Made by a program: the position numbers and the translations under genes. The notes beneath the pieces were generated by a model that worked only from the letters and a program-made list of their open reading frames with translations, did no database searches and had not been told where the DNA came from. Below, one piece after another: positions 18,487 through 26,385 of a DNA stretch of 32,000 bases; the stretch's first letter is position 1; each line of letters opens with the position of its first letter. This DNA comes from Ferroglobus placidus DSM 10642 (GTDB lineage: Archaea; Halobacteriota; Archaeoglobi; Archaeoglobales; Archaeoglobaceae), in contig NC_013849.1 of the NCBI RefSeq assembly GCF_000025505.1, positions 1,320,001 to 1,352,000 on the forward strand. The letters run 5' to 3'.

Positions 18487-19758
18487 CTTTTTTAGCACGA
18501 GTTCCTTTTTCCTCAAAGCAGCTTCGAAAGCTTTGTCAACTCTTTTCTTCAACTCCTCGAAGTTTTCCGGTCTTTCTTCGCCGACGAGCTTCTTGATTGG
18601 CGTATATGCGCTCTCTCTAAACCTCGGTTTTAGCTCTTTTTCTTCCCCATCTTCAATTAAATAAGCTCCCTCTCCTTCTTCAACCCATCCAACTTCTTCG
18701 ACTCTCACTCCCGCTTTTTCGATCTCCTCAGCGATCTCTTCAGAGTCATTTTCCGGGCAGATTATCATGAGGGAGTCTATGGAAACGCCGAGGAAGTCTA
18801 TCTCCAGCTCTTCAAGCATGTTCAGAACTTTTTTGTTTACCACACCCCTCAGCTTCTCGTATTCGAAAACGAGCTTGGTCTTCGAAACCCTCGATATTTC
18901 CATCGCATCTCCCCTCACTCCTCCGTTCGTAACGTCGGTCATCGCGTGTATTTTTTCTACATGCTTCAAAGCAGCTTCAGCAGCTTTGATGAAGTCTACG
19001 TTTATCGTCTCGTCGACGATTTCGTGTCTTCCGTAGTAGATGGCTGTTGTGGCTATCGTTCCTCCTCCGGCACCCTCGGTCATGAGAATTACGTCTCCCT
19101 TCTTAGCATCCCTCCTCCTCGTCACCTTCTTTCCAACTCCTACGCAGCCAACAGCTCCGGTCATTCTCTCTCCTATAACCATGTCCCCTCCTATTCTCAA
19201 CGTGCTTCCGGAAACGAGAGGCACGTTCGTTGCCTCGCTTATAGCCATAATTCCGGCGAGGTGGTCGAATATCTTGGAAACGTCTCCGTCGTCGGCTACG
19301 TGAATATCGGAAAACAAAGCTAAAGGCTTGGCACCCATTACGTAGACGTCTCTCATAGCCGCTCTCGCAGCGTGAAAACCGGCTATGAAAGGAAACTCGC
19401 TGAGTCTCGAGTGAATTCCGTCGACGGAAATAGCCAAGTAATACTCTCCGATTCTAACGACTCCCGCATCGTCGAGCTCGCTTCTGCACATCTCCCCTAT
19501 TTTCGAGTGAACGTAGAAGTCTCCCTCTCCTCTGCTCCCCACTCCGAATTCTCCCATCTTCACGCCACTTTTGAAGTAGTCGAGTATTGGAGTAGTTTTT
19601 GAATAAGCGTTTTTGACTTCTAAGAAAACGGCTTCAGCAATTTTTTCAGCTTTTTCGATAGGAATATCCTTCACTTCGGCTATTAGCTCGGCAAGCTTCT
19701 CCTCTTTGCCTTTTTTTAAGAGTATTCTCGCGTATCCCTCTAAATCCATTCTTCTCAC
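18466..19758 (-). CDS. AIR synthase-related (PurM/HypE/SelD-like) protein
   Basis: GEYYLAISVDGIHSRL, DVYVMGAKPLALFSDIHVADDGD, LVSGSTLR, TDVTNGGVRGDAMEI. Confidence 0.85.
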   Translation of the reverse strand: MRRMDLEGYARILLKKGKEEKLAELIAEVKDIPIEKAEKIAEAVFLEVKNAYSKTTPILDYFKSGVKMGEFGVGSRGEGDFYVHSKIGEMCRSELDDAGVVRIGEYYLAISVDGIHSRLSEFPFIAGFHAARAAMRDVYVMGAKPLALFSDIHVADDGDVSKIFDHLAGIMAISEATNVPLVSGSTLRIGGDMVIGERMTGAVGCVGVGKKVTRRRDAKKGDVILMTEGAGGGTIATTAIYYGRHEIVDETINVDFIKAAEAALKHVEKIHAMTDVTNGGVRGDAMEISRVSKTKLVFEYEKLRGVVNKKVLNMLEELEIDFLGVSIDSLMIICPENDSEEIAEEIEKAGVRVEEVGWVEEGEGAYLIEDGEEKELKPRFRESAYTPIKKLVGEERPENFEELKKRVDKAFEAALRKKELVLKKLRKVPS

Positions 19759-20177
19759 CTGCTAACGAGTATTATTCCTACGACAATTAAAGCCGTGCCG
19801 AGAAGAACTCTCAGCAAATCGAAGCTCTCGCGGAGAATTATAGCTGAGAAGATGACGGTGAAGAGGGGGTAAATAGATGTTATCGGAACCGCTTTGGAAG
19901 CCCCTATCGACTTGAGCGCCATGTAGTAGATTACCATTGCAAGTCCACCGGCGATAGCTCCGGCTGAGAGTAAGAGCGAAACCCTCTTCGCATCGAAAAC
20001 TTCTAAGTCGAAATCTCGCAGAGCGAGAACGACTATGGAGAGAAATATCAACGCTCCGAGGGATCTAATTAAGTTGGCGAGATAAGGAGAGACGTTGCCG
20101 ATTAAGGCAGTCTTATCTAATATTGGCACGAAACCCCAGAGTACAGCTGCGATGAAAGCTAAAACTTCTCCCATCAT
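19755..20177 (-). CDS. EamA-domain (DMT superfamily) half-size membrane protein
   Basis: MMGEVLAFIAAVLWGFVPILDKTALIG...PITSIYPLFTVIFSAIILRESFDLLRVLLGTALIVVGIILVSR; one 5-TM-like unit. Upstream codons to 20276 overlap the SpoU-like gene and look non-native. Confidence 0.8.
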   Translation of the reverse strand: MMGEVLAFIAAVLWGFVPILDKTALIGNVSPYLANLIRSLGALIFLSIVVLALRDFDLEVFDAKRVSLLLSAGAIAGGLAMVIYYMALKSIGASKAVPITSIYPLFTVIFSAIILRESFDLLRVLLGTALIVVGIILVSR

Positions 20178-20848
20178 AGATGTCTCCTCACCTCGTAAAG
20201 CAAAATTCCAGCAGCTACCGACAGATTTAGAGAGGGAGTTTTTCCAACACCTTTTATCTCCACGAGGAAGTCGCACATCTTCTTCACCGGCTGGGAAATA
20301 CCTCTATCCTCTCCTCCAACAACCAAGGCGAGAGGTGGAGTAAATTTAACGCTCCTCAAATCCTTCCCTCCTATTTCTGCTCCCACTACAAGGAAACCGT
20401 ACTTCTTAATCTTTTTGATGCTGTTCGCAAGGTTTTCAACTCTGGAGATTTTTAAGTGAAAAGCTGCTCCTTGAGAAACTTCTACGACGGTCTCCGTAAC
20501 TTGTGCAGCTCTCCTCTTCGGAATAACGACTCCCGAACAGCCGAAAAATTCGGCAGTTCTCAAAACGGCTCCGAGGTTTTGAGGATCTTGAACCGAATCG
20601 AGGAAGAGGATAAAGCCGTTCTCCCTCAAAGCTTTTTCTACGACGAAGTCGAAGTCGTAGTATTTTACCGGAGAAACATCAGCCTCTATTTTTTTGAGAT
20701 TCTTAACCTTGACTATCGGGACCTTCTGCTTCTTAGCTTCGGCGAGAATTTTCGCAACCCTCGGATTGATATGCTCGCCTACGTAGATTTTGTTGACGAC
20801 TCCGGCTTTCAAAGCTTCGGCGATGCTGTTAACTCCGGTCACTCTCAT
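20174..20848 (-). CDS. TrmH/SpoU family RNA 2'-O-methyltransferase (RlmB-like)
   Basis: GVNSIAEALKAG; DSVQDPQNLGAVLRTAEFFG; VVGGEDRGISQPV; KTPSLNLSVAAGILLYEVRR. Confidence 0.92.
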   Translation of the reverse strand: MRVTGVNSIAEALKAGVVNKIYVGEHINPRVAKILAEAKKQKVPIVKVKNLKKIEADVSPVKYYDFDFVVEKALRENGFILFLDSVQDPQNLGAVLRTAEFFGCSGVVIPKRRAAQVTETVVEVSQGAAFHLKISRVENLANSIKKIKKYGFLVVGAEIGGKDLRSVKFTPPLALVVGGEDRGISQPVKKMCDFLVEIKGVGKTPSLNLSVAAGILLYEVRRHL

Positions 20849-21216
20849 AAAAGCAAGGTTGACATTGCGGTTAAAATTTATTTCATTGGGGAAACGCTAT
20901 AAAATCTGGCAGGGATTCTGCTTGCATAACTCAATCGGAAAATTTAAAACTTCGTGCTCATCAATGTAGCAGTTTAGCTCTTTTTTACGCTTTTTTCGAT
21001 ACTGTTTCAATGGGATTGGTAATTCCTTCGCGATTGATAACTGGAACTGCACGAATTCTTAAATGCTGTAAACTCTCCCAGATCTGTCTTTTTTGCTATT
21101 ATTCAGTTTTTGCTAAATAGCCAGTTAACTTAATATTTTGATTTTTAACTATTCTACAGTGGAATAGCAAACTATTTATAGTGATTATGAGCATTATCTT
21201 ATGAGGTGATGTGTGA

Positions 21217-21741
21217 ATGTGGAGAGATGAGAAGGCAGTATCGCCAGTGATTGGTGTTATTTTGATGGTGGCAATAACCGTCATACTGGCGGCAGTGATT
21301 GCCAGCTTCGTCTTTGGACTGGGAAGCAAGGCTCCAAAGGCTGCTCCGCAGGCTAGTTTAGTAGCTAGTGCTTACGATAATGAAACGAAATACAATACAA
21401 TAGATCTTAAGGGAAAGACAGACTTGGTCATAATAGAGCATCAGGGTGGAGAAAATATTCCGTGGGCAGATGTAAAGGTGATTGTTGAAGGTACGAAAAA
21501 CAAATCGAGTTTAACTACAGCTGATGCGGAAAATATAAAATATGTGGACAATAGTAACAAATCGGCTTGGTATCAAGACGAGATATCATCCAACGAATTC
21601 TTTGAGCCGGGTGAGAAACTTGTAATCGCCTTCAACAACAGTGCTTACAACCACTTTGGAGCAGGCGATTCGGTTACAATAAAAGTCCTGCACACTCCAA
21701 GCAACCAGATGATATTGTCAGCAAAAGTGGCAGCTCAGTGA
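21217..21741 (+). CDS. Archaeal type IV pilin N-terminal domain protein
   Basis: MWRDEKAVSPVIGVILMVAITVILAAVIASFVFGLG class III signal peptide. TATA-like ACTATTTATA at 21171-21180 and strong SD-like GAGGTGAT at 21203-21210. Confidence 0.9.
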   Translation: MWRDEKAVSPVIGVILMVAITVILAAVIASFVFGLGSKAPKAAPQASLVASAYDNETKYNTIDLKGKTDLVIIEHQGGENIPWADVKVIVEGTKNKSSLTTADAENIKYVDNSNKSAWYQDEISSNEFFEPGEKLVIAFNNSAYNHFGAGDSVTIKVLHTPSNQMILSAKVAAQ

Positions 21742-21748
21742 ACTTGAA

Positions 21749-21777
21749 CTTTTTCTTCTTTTTGTTTTCTTTTTTAA
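21749..21777 (+). terminator. T-rich archaeal terminator after the pilin
   Basis: Run of CTTTTTCTTCTTTTTGTTTTCTTTTTT immediately after the stop. Confidence 0.5.
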
Positions 21778-21954
21778 ATAACCTGGCTGTTTTGGTTTGG
21801 CTAAAGTTGTGATTCTCTTCTTAATTTAAGCAGACCGCTGCTCTTAATTCAACGCTCTCAGCCAACCCAACCACTCGCATTTTTACTTCAATTCCGCAGC
21901 TCAGCGAAGCGAATTTTAGAATCCAAACGATAAACCTGCTTCGTGAGGTGAGAC

Positions 21955-22614
21955 TTAGGTGAAAACCTTATTTTCGAGCTTTCTGACGCGGTCAATTAGA
22001 TCCTCGATGATCTTATCTTTGGCTTTTAATTCTTTGAGCTCTACGGTGTTCTGCTCTACTCTCTCCACAAGCTTGTCTATTCTCGTCGATAGAGCGAGAA
22101 TAACTTCTGTAAGGTGATCTACCCTTTTGTTAAGTTCTTGGTTCATCGTGTCCACTTTTGAGCTTAGTGCATCCACTCTTTTGTTTGTTTCGTCTATTCT
22201 TTTGCTTAGCTCTTGATTTATCGAGTCAATCCTCCTGTTAGTTTCATCTATCCTTTTGCTTAATTCCTGATTTATCGAATCAACTTTCAAGCTTAATGAA
22301 TCTATCCTCTTGTTTAACTCTTGATTTATAGAATCAATTCTCTTATTCGTTTCATCAATTCTCCTACTCAGCTCTTCGTTAATTTTGTCGATTCTTTTAT
22401 TCGCTTCGTCCATCCTTCTTTCCAGTCCATCCATTCTCTTCTCTATGGAATCCATTCTTTGCTCAATACCATCTATTCTCTTGTTCATCGTCTCGACTGC
22501 TATCCTGAAGCCTTCGAGCTGTCCTCTGACCTCGGCTTTAAATTCTTTGAACTCTTCTCTTATTTCACCAATTATCGCATCCCTGAACTTTTCAAGAACC
22601 TTCTCAATATCCAT
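21955..22614 (-). CDS. Coiled-coil protein with tandem 18-aa (54-bp) repeats
   Basis: 219 aa with repeats KRIDETNKRIDSINQELS; protein and DNA both repetitive. Confidence 0.75.
   Translation of the reverse strand: MDIEKVLEKFRDAIIGEIREEFKEFKAEVRGQLEGFRIAVETMNKRIDGIEQRMDSIEKRMDGLERRMDEANKRIDKINEELSRRIDETNKRIDSINQELNKRIDSLSLKVDSINQELSKRIDETNRRIDSINQELSKRIDETNKRVDALSSKVDTMNQELNKRVDHLTEVILALSTRIDKLVERVEQNTVELKELKAKDKIIEDLIDRVRKLENKVFT
22150..22400. repeat. Degenerate 54-bp tandem repeats encoding 18-aa coiled-coil units
   Basis: Repeated (ctcttgatttatcgagtcaatcctcctgttagtttcatctatccttttgcttaa)-like units inside 21955..22614; limits approximate. Confidence 0.7.
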
Positions 22615-23067
22615 TAAAAAATTTATCAGCTACGGAAATTTAAAAGTTTATCGAAACGTCTGAAAATTTGATTGAACGAATGAAGGCACAGCAAAGCCGA
22701 CAAACTCCCTTCTAATAACCAACGACAAAATTACGTCTAGATATATCAGTAGCGATGCAGCACTCACTCGACGGGTTTTCTTGTGATATCCCAACTCTTA
22801 AACCGAGAACTTGGAGAACGGTAACTCCTATGAGCACTTTTTGATCACGTCGGAGATAAGTACGGGGACGATTTCTCTTTTGTCCATTATTTTTGTCATA
22901 TCTTCGCTTTAACCTTGATGTGTCCCATGGTTTTTATCACTGTTGCAAAAAGTATGTTTGAAGAAGAGGTAAGTCAAGTTTTGGAGAGAAGTATACGGGC
23001 ATCGTTGAGCTCGATTTTTCGAAATAGTTTGTTGAAGACGGTTATAATTCTATATCAAAATTCTACT

Positions 23068-23217
23068 ATGAGAGTCAAAGTAACAAGGAACTACCAGATA
23101 ACGATACCAGCGGAAATACGGAGAAAAGTCAATCTCAGGCTTGGCGATGTTGTTGACGTAACGTACGACGAAAAAACGGGGGAGATAAGGATAAAAAAGA
23201 TTTTAGACTCGTTATGA
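23068..23217 (+). CDS. AbrB/SpoVT-like antitoxin (VapB-type)
   Basis: MRVKVTRNYQITIPAEIRRKVNLRLGDVVDVTYDEKTGEIRIKKILDSL; internal Met of the longer ORF (22915). Overlaps the PIN gene by 4 bp. Confidence 0.85.
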   Translation: MRVKVTRNYQITIPAEIRRKVNLRLGDVVDVTYDEKTGEIRIKKILDSL

Positions 23218-23618
23218 AAGCAGTCATTGATACCAACGTTCTCATCTACGACACGTTCGAGGACAGCATTTACCACTTGCAGGCAAGAAAGCTACTTGAT
23301 GAGCTTGGACAAAGGTATATCCCGGCAATAGTCGTCCACGAGTACGTGTGGGCGTTGAAATCACTCAAAATTTCTCCCGAAGACGTCCTCTACAAGGTGG
23401 AGGAAATTATGAACCACCACAAATCCAAGTTGCTTGCAGATACTGAATACGGCATGATTTCCGCACTTGGTACCGTTGTTAAGGAAAACCTGAGTTTGTC
23501 AAGATACAACGATAAGGTGATTCTCTCAGCAGCAATCAGAAACAGAGCGAGTATTGCCACGTTTGACGAAAAACTGAGAAAACAAGCTCTCTTCTGGAAT
23601 CGACGTTCTACCAGATAA
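23214..23618 (+). CDS. vapC: PIN-domain toxin (VapC-type)
   Basis: MKAVIDTNVLIYDTFEDS...HEYVWAL...DKVILSAAIRNRASIATFDEKL. Confidence 0.88.
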   Translation: MKAVIDTNVLIYDTFEDSIYHLQARKLLDELGQRYIPAIVVHEYVWALKSLKISPEDVLYKVEEIMNHHKSKLLADTEYGMISALGTVVKENLSLSRYNDKVILSAAIRNRASIATFDEKLRKQALFWNRRSTR

Positions 23619-23706
23619 TTTGGTTCCTCCCGCTCCCTAAAACCAGTTTTGTACAAATTTGTTCTCGGAAAGCTTAATATTGATTAGGGAGAAAAAATAA
23701 TTTCGG

Positions 23707-24033
23707 ATGGAGGAGGAGCTGAAGGTAATCAAAGAAGTCATCCTCGAAACTGCCAGAAAGCACGGGATTGAGGTAGAGAAGATAATTCTCTTCGGTTCAA
23801 GGGCGAGAGGTAATCATAAGGAAGACTCAGATTGGGATATACTGATCGTGACAAAGAAAAAGCTGAACAAAAGCGCAAAGGATCGATTCATCTTCGAGGT
23901 TAGAAGAAAAATAGTTTGGAGGCTGGAAGAACCCATCGATGTCATTGTGGCTGACAAGCGTAAGTATGATGAATACAAACAAGTTTACGGGTCTATAATC
24001 GGGCAGGCTGCAAAAGAAGGAGTCGCTGTATGA
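23707..24033 (+). CDS. Minimal nucleotidyltransferase (MNT), copy 1, HEPN partner/antitoxin
   Basis: IILFGSRARGNHKEDSDWDILIV (GSx10DxD) nucleotidyltransferase signature. Confidence 0.9.
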   Translation: MEEELKVIKEVILETARKHGIEVEKIILFGSRARGNHKEDSDWDILIVTKKKLNKSAKDRFIFEVRRKIVWRLEEPIDVIVADKRKYDEYKQVYGSIIGQAAKEGVAV

Positions 24034-24424
24034 AAAAGGAGGTTGTAGAACAAACTAAAAGATGGGTAGAAAAGCGGACAGAGACATAATTGCAGCAGAG
24101 ACTCTCTTTGAAGCGGAAATTTACGACTACTCCTTATTTCATTCTCAGCAAGCAATTGAAAAGTTTTTAAAAGCTTTTCTGACTTATCACAACAAACCTT
24201 TCGGGAAAACACACGATATAACCTTTCTACTCAAGCTCTGCATTGATGTTGATGAAAGTTTCAAGCAACTTCTTGAGGCTGAGGTTGACAAGCTGTATCC
24301 CAGGGCTATAGAGGTAAGATATCCAGAAGTGGAATACGAGGTTTTACCAGAAGAAGCGGAAGAGGCGATAAAGTTAGCCGAAAAAGTTAAAGAGTTCGTT
24401 CTGAAAAAGTTTAATATACGTTAA
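24030..24424 (+). pseudogene. HEPN domain protein, apparently frameshifted near the N-terminus (intact ORF only 24062..24424)
   Basis: ATG at 24030 overlaps the MNT stop (ATGA) and reads MKKEVVEQTKRWVEKRTET*. The rest, ADRDIIAAETLFEAEIYDYSLFHSQQAIEKFLKAFLTYHNKPFGKTHDITFLL, is in the next frame; one extra A in the A-run 24070-24073 would restore a complete HEPN protein. Confidence 0.7.
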
Positions 24425-24440
24425 GTGCACACAGTTTATC

Positions 24441-24674
24441 ATGGTCAAAACCATAACCATAGCGGATGACGTTTACAACGAGCTCGTGAAAATTAAAGGT
24501 AGCAGAAGCTTTTCGGAAGTAATAAGAGAACTTTTGAAAGCGAGGAGAGGAAATTCGGAAGTTCTCGTAAAGATGTTCGGAGTTCTCAGCGAGGAGGAAG
24601 CCGATAGAGCAAAGAGAAAAATCGAGGAAATCGAAAAAGAGTTCGAAAAATGGCAGTCCTCGATACGAGCGTAA
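24441..24674 (+). CDS. VapB-type antitoxin (DUF217-like)
   Basis: MVKTITIADDVYNELVKIKGSRSFSEVIRELLKARRG; overlaps downstream PIN gene. Confidence 0.85.
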   Translation: MVKTITIADDVYNELVKIKGSRSFSEVIRELLKARRGNSEVLVKMFGVLSEEEADRAKRKIEEIEKEFEKWQSSIRA

Positions 24675-25021
24675 TAATCGAAATAGCCAGAGGAAACAGA
24701 AAAGCTTTGAATGCGGTCTTGTCTGAGGACAACTACTTTTACATAACCTCGATAACTTGGTTTGAAATAAAGGTCGGCGCGCCTAAACTTGCTGAATTGA
24801 ACCTCGTGGATTCTTTAGAGTGTCTGAGCTTTGACAGAAAATCGGCTGATGTGGCAGCGGAGATTTACATAAAGCTGAAAAAGGACGGTAAGATGGTAAG
24901 TTTGAAAGACTTGTTTATCGGCGCCATCTGCATTAGCAATAAGGAGAAGCTGATTACTATGGATTCGGATTTTGAGATTTTGCGCGACTTTGGGCTTGAA
25001 GTAGTTTTTATTAAACAATAA
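24650..25021 (+). CDS. vapC: PIN-domain toxin (VapC-type)
   Basis: MAVLDTSVIIEIARGN...SITWFEIKVG...VSLKDLFIGAICISNKEKLITMDSDFE. Confidence 0.9.
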   Translation: MAVLDTSVIIEIARGNRKALNAVLSEDNYFYITSITWFEIKVGAPKLAELNLVDSLECLSFDRKSADVAAEIYIKLKKDGKMVSLKDLFIGAICISNKEKLITMDSDFEILRDFGLEVVFIKQ

Positions 25022-25159
25022 CCATCCGAGGTGTATGAGGGGATTTTTAGCTATCGAAGAAGTTCCGTAGGGGCATAATACGGAAGTAGCTATGTTAACG
25101 GAACGAAAAAATGTAACCGACAAAATCCTTTAATGTTCCAAATTCTAAAATAATTTCGG

Positions 25160-25486
25160 ATGGAGGAGGAGCTGAAGGTCATCAAAGAAGCCATTCTCGA
25201 AACTGCCAGAAAGCACGGGATTGAGGTAGAGAAGATAATTCTCTTCGGTTCAAGGGCGAGAGGTAATCATAAGGAAGACTCAGATTGGGATATACTGATT
25301 GTGACAAAGAAAAAGCTGAACAAAGATGAGTTCTGGAAGTTCTACTCTCACTTGAACGAAAAACTGATATCCACTCTCGACAGTCCAGTGGATGTGATTT
25401 TGGTTGACACAAAGGAGTTCAGTGAAAAATCACGCTACAGGGGTTTTCTGCATTACTGGGCTGAGAGAGAAGGGGTGGTTGTTTGA
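25160..25486 (+). CDS. Minimal nucleotidyltransferase (MNT), copy 2
   Basis: N-terminal half nearly identical to copy 1 (IILFGSRARGNHKEDSDWDILIV), C-terminal half different. Confidence 0.9.
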   Translation: MEEELKVIKEAILETARKHGIEVEKIILFGSRARGNHKEDSDWDILIVTKKKLNKDEFWKFYSHLNEKLISTLDSPVDVILVDTKEFSEKSRYRGFLHYWAEREGVVV

Positions 25487-25668
25487 AAAAGGGAACTAAA
25501 GAAATGCTTGATCTAGTTGAAGAAAACATTGTCACTGCAAGAAAAAGTGCAGAAATCGGTCTTTATCGAAGTGCCTGTTTCTGGGCTCAGCAAGCAATCG
25601 AACTTGTTTTAAAAGCTTTTTTAGCGGAAAATGACGCATTGGAAAAGAAAAGCACGATCAAAACCCCA
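25483..25668 (+). pseudogene. HEPN domain protein remnant, truncated at the C-terminus (open frame continues to 25749)
   Basis: TTG start overlaps MNT stop; MKKGTKEMLDLVEENIVTARKSAEIGLYRSACFWAQQAIELVLKAFLAENDALEKK is HEPN-like, after which the frame runs through the next gene's promoter and start. Confidence 0.65.
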
Positions 25669-25675
25669 CCACCCT

Positions 25676-25683
25676 TAAATATT
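25676..25683 (+). promoter_or_regulatory. TATA-like element upstream of the disulfide oxidoreductase gene
   Basis: CTTAAATATT about 25-30 nt before the candidate starts 25704/25713. Confidence 0.4.
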
Positions 25684-25703
25684 CTCCTGCAGGCTTACCT
25701 TCG

Positions 25704-26385
25704 GTGTCTGAAATGCCGTTGCTTAGGGAGGAGGACAGAGAGTATCTGAAAAAGGAGTTCGAAAAAGTTTTGAAGGACAAAGTAAGAGTTCTCGGATTCG
25801 TCAGGGGTGAGGACTGCAAGTACTGTAGGGAAACTAAGGAATTGCTTGAAGAGGTCGCTTCGCTTTCGGATAAAATCGAGCTTGTCTTTCCCGAGAGCGG
25901 AGAAGAGTACGGGATAGAGGAAGTTCCGGCTGTGGTCGTTCAGGACGAAAAAGGGGAGCTTGGGACGAGAGTTAGATTCCTCGGAATTCCCTCGGGCTAC
26001 GAATTCACCGCTCTGATAAAAGACATAATGTACGTTTCAACGAGAACTCTCGAGATATCGGAGTCGACGATTGAAGAGCTGCAGAATATCGAGAACAAAA
26101 TTGTAATTGAAGTTTACGTAACTCCGAGCTGTCCCTACTGTCCGAGAGCAGTTTTGCTTGCGCACCAATTTGCAATGGTTAGCGAAAAAAATAACCGGAG
26201 TTATGATTGAATCGTACGAATTTCCTGCAAAGGCTGATGAATGGAACGTTATGAGCGTTCCCCACACCGTGGTGAAGAATGTAGAAAAAGGTAGCGTTGG
26301 AGAGTTCGTAGGGGCGTATCCAGAGAACTACCTACTAAAAGTTGTCAAAGACGTTGATGCCGGAAAGAACGTGAAGCTCAGCTGA
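25704..26385 (+). pseudogene. Protein disulfide oxidoreductase (PDO, glutaredoxin-like, two CxxC), split by a +1 frameshift
   Basis: ORF 25704..26210 has CKYC and CPYC motifs and ends ...MVSEKNNRSYD*. Overlapping ORF 26158..26385 supplies KITGVMIESYEFPAKADEWNVMSVPHTVVKNVEKGSVGEFVGAYPENYLL. One A too many in the 7-A run 26185-26191. Confidence 0.8.

Noticed and set aside
19755-20177. Half-size EamA protein as a frameshifted full-size DMT transporter
   Set aside because: No second EamA half is seen in adjacent frames or flanks; the ORF has a full 5-helix unit and normal gene junctions, consistent with natural half-size DMT proteins.
21099-21329. ORF on minus strand (76 aa) overlapping the pilin promoter and N-terminus
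   Set aside because: Antisense to a well supported pilin start, TATA and SD; composition looks non-coding.
22915-23067. N-terminal extension of the AbrB-like ORF (MMCPMVFITVAKSMFEEEVSQ...)
   Set aside because: AbrB homologues start near MRVKVTRNYQITIP; the ATG at 23068 gives the expected small antitoxin. The extension could still contain remnant sequence.
21741-25750. Insertion sequence or integrated element as origin of the island
   Set aside because: I found no transposase, integrase or clear inverted/att repeats; the tRNA-Glu is more than 11 kb away with no evident partial duplicate near the island.
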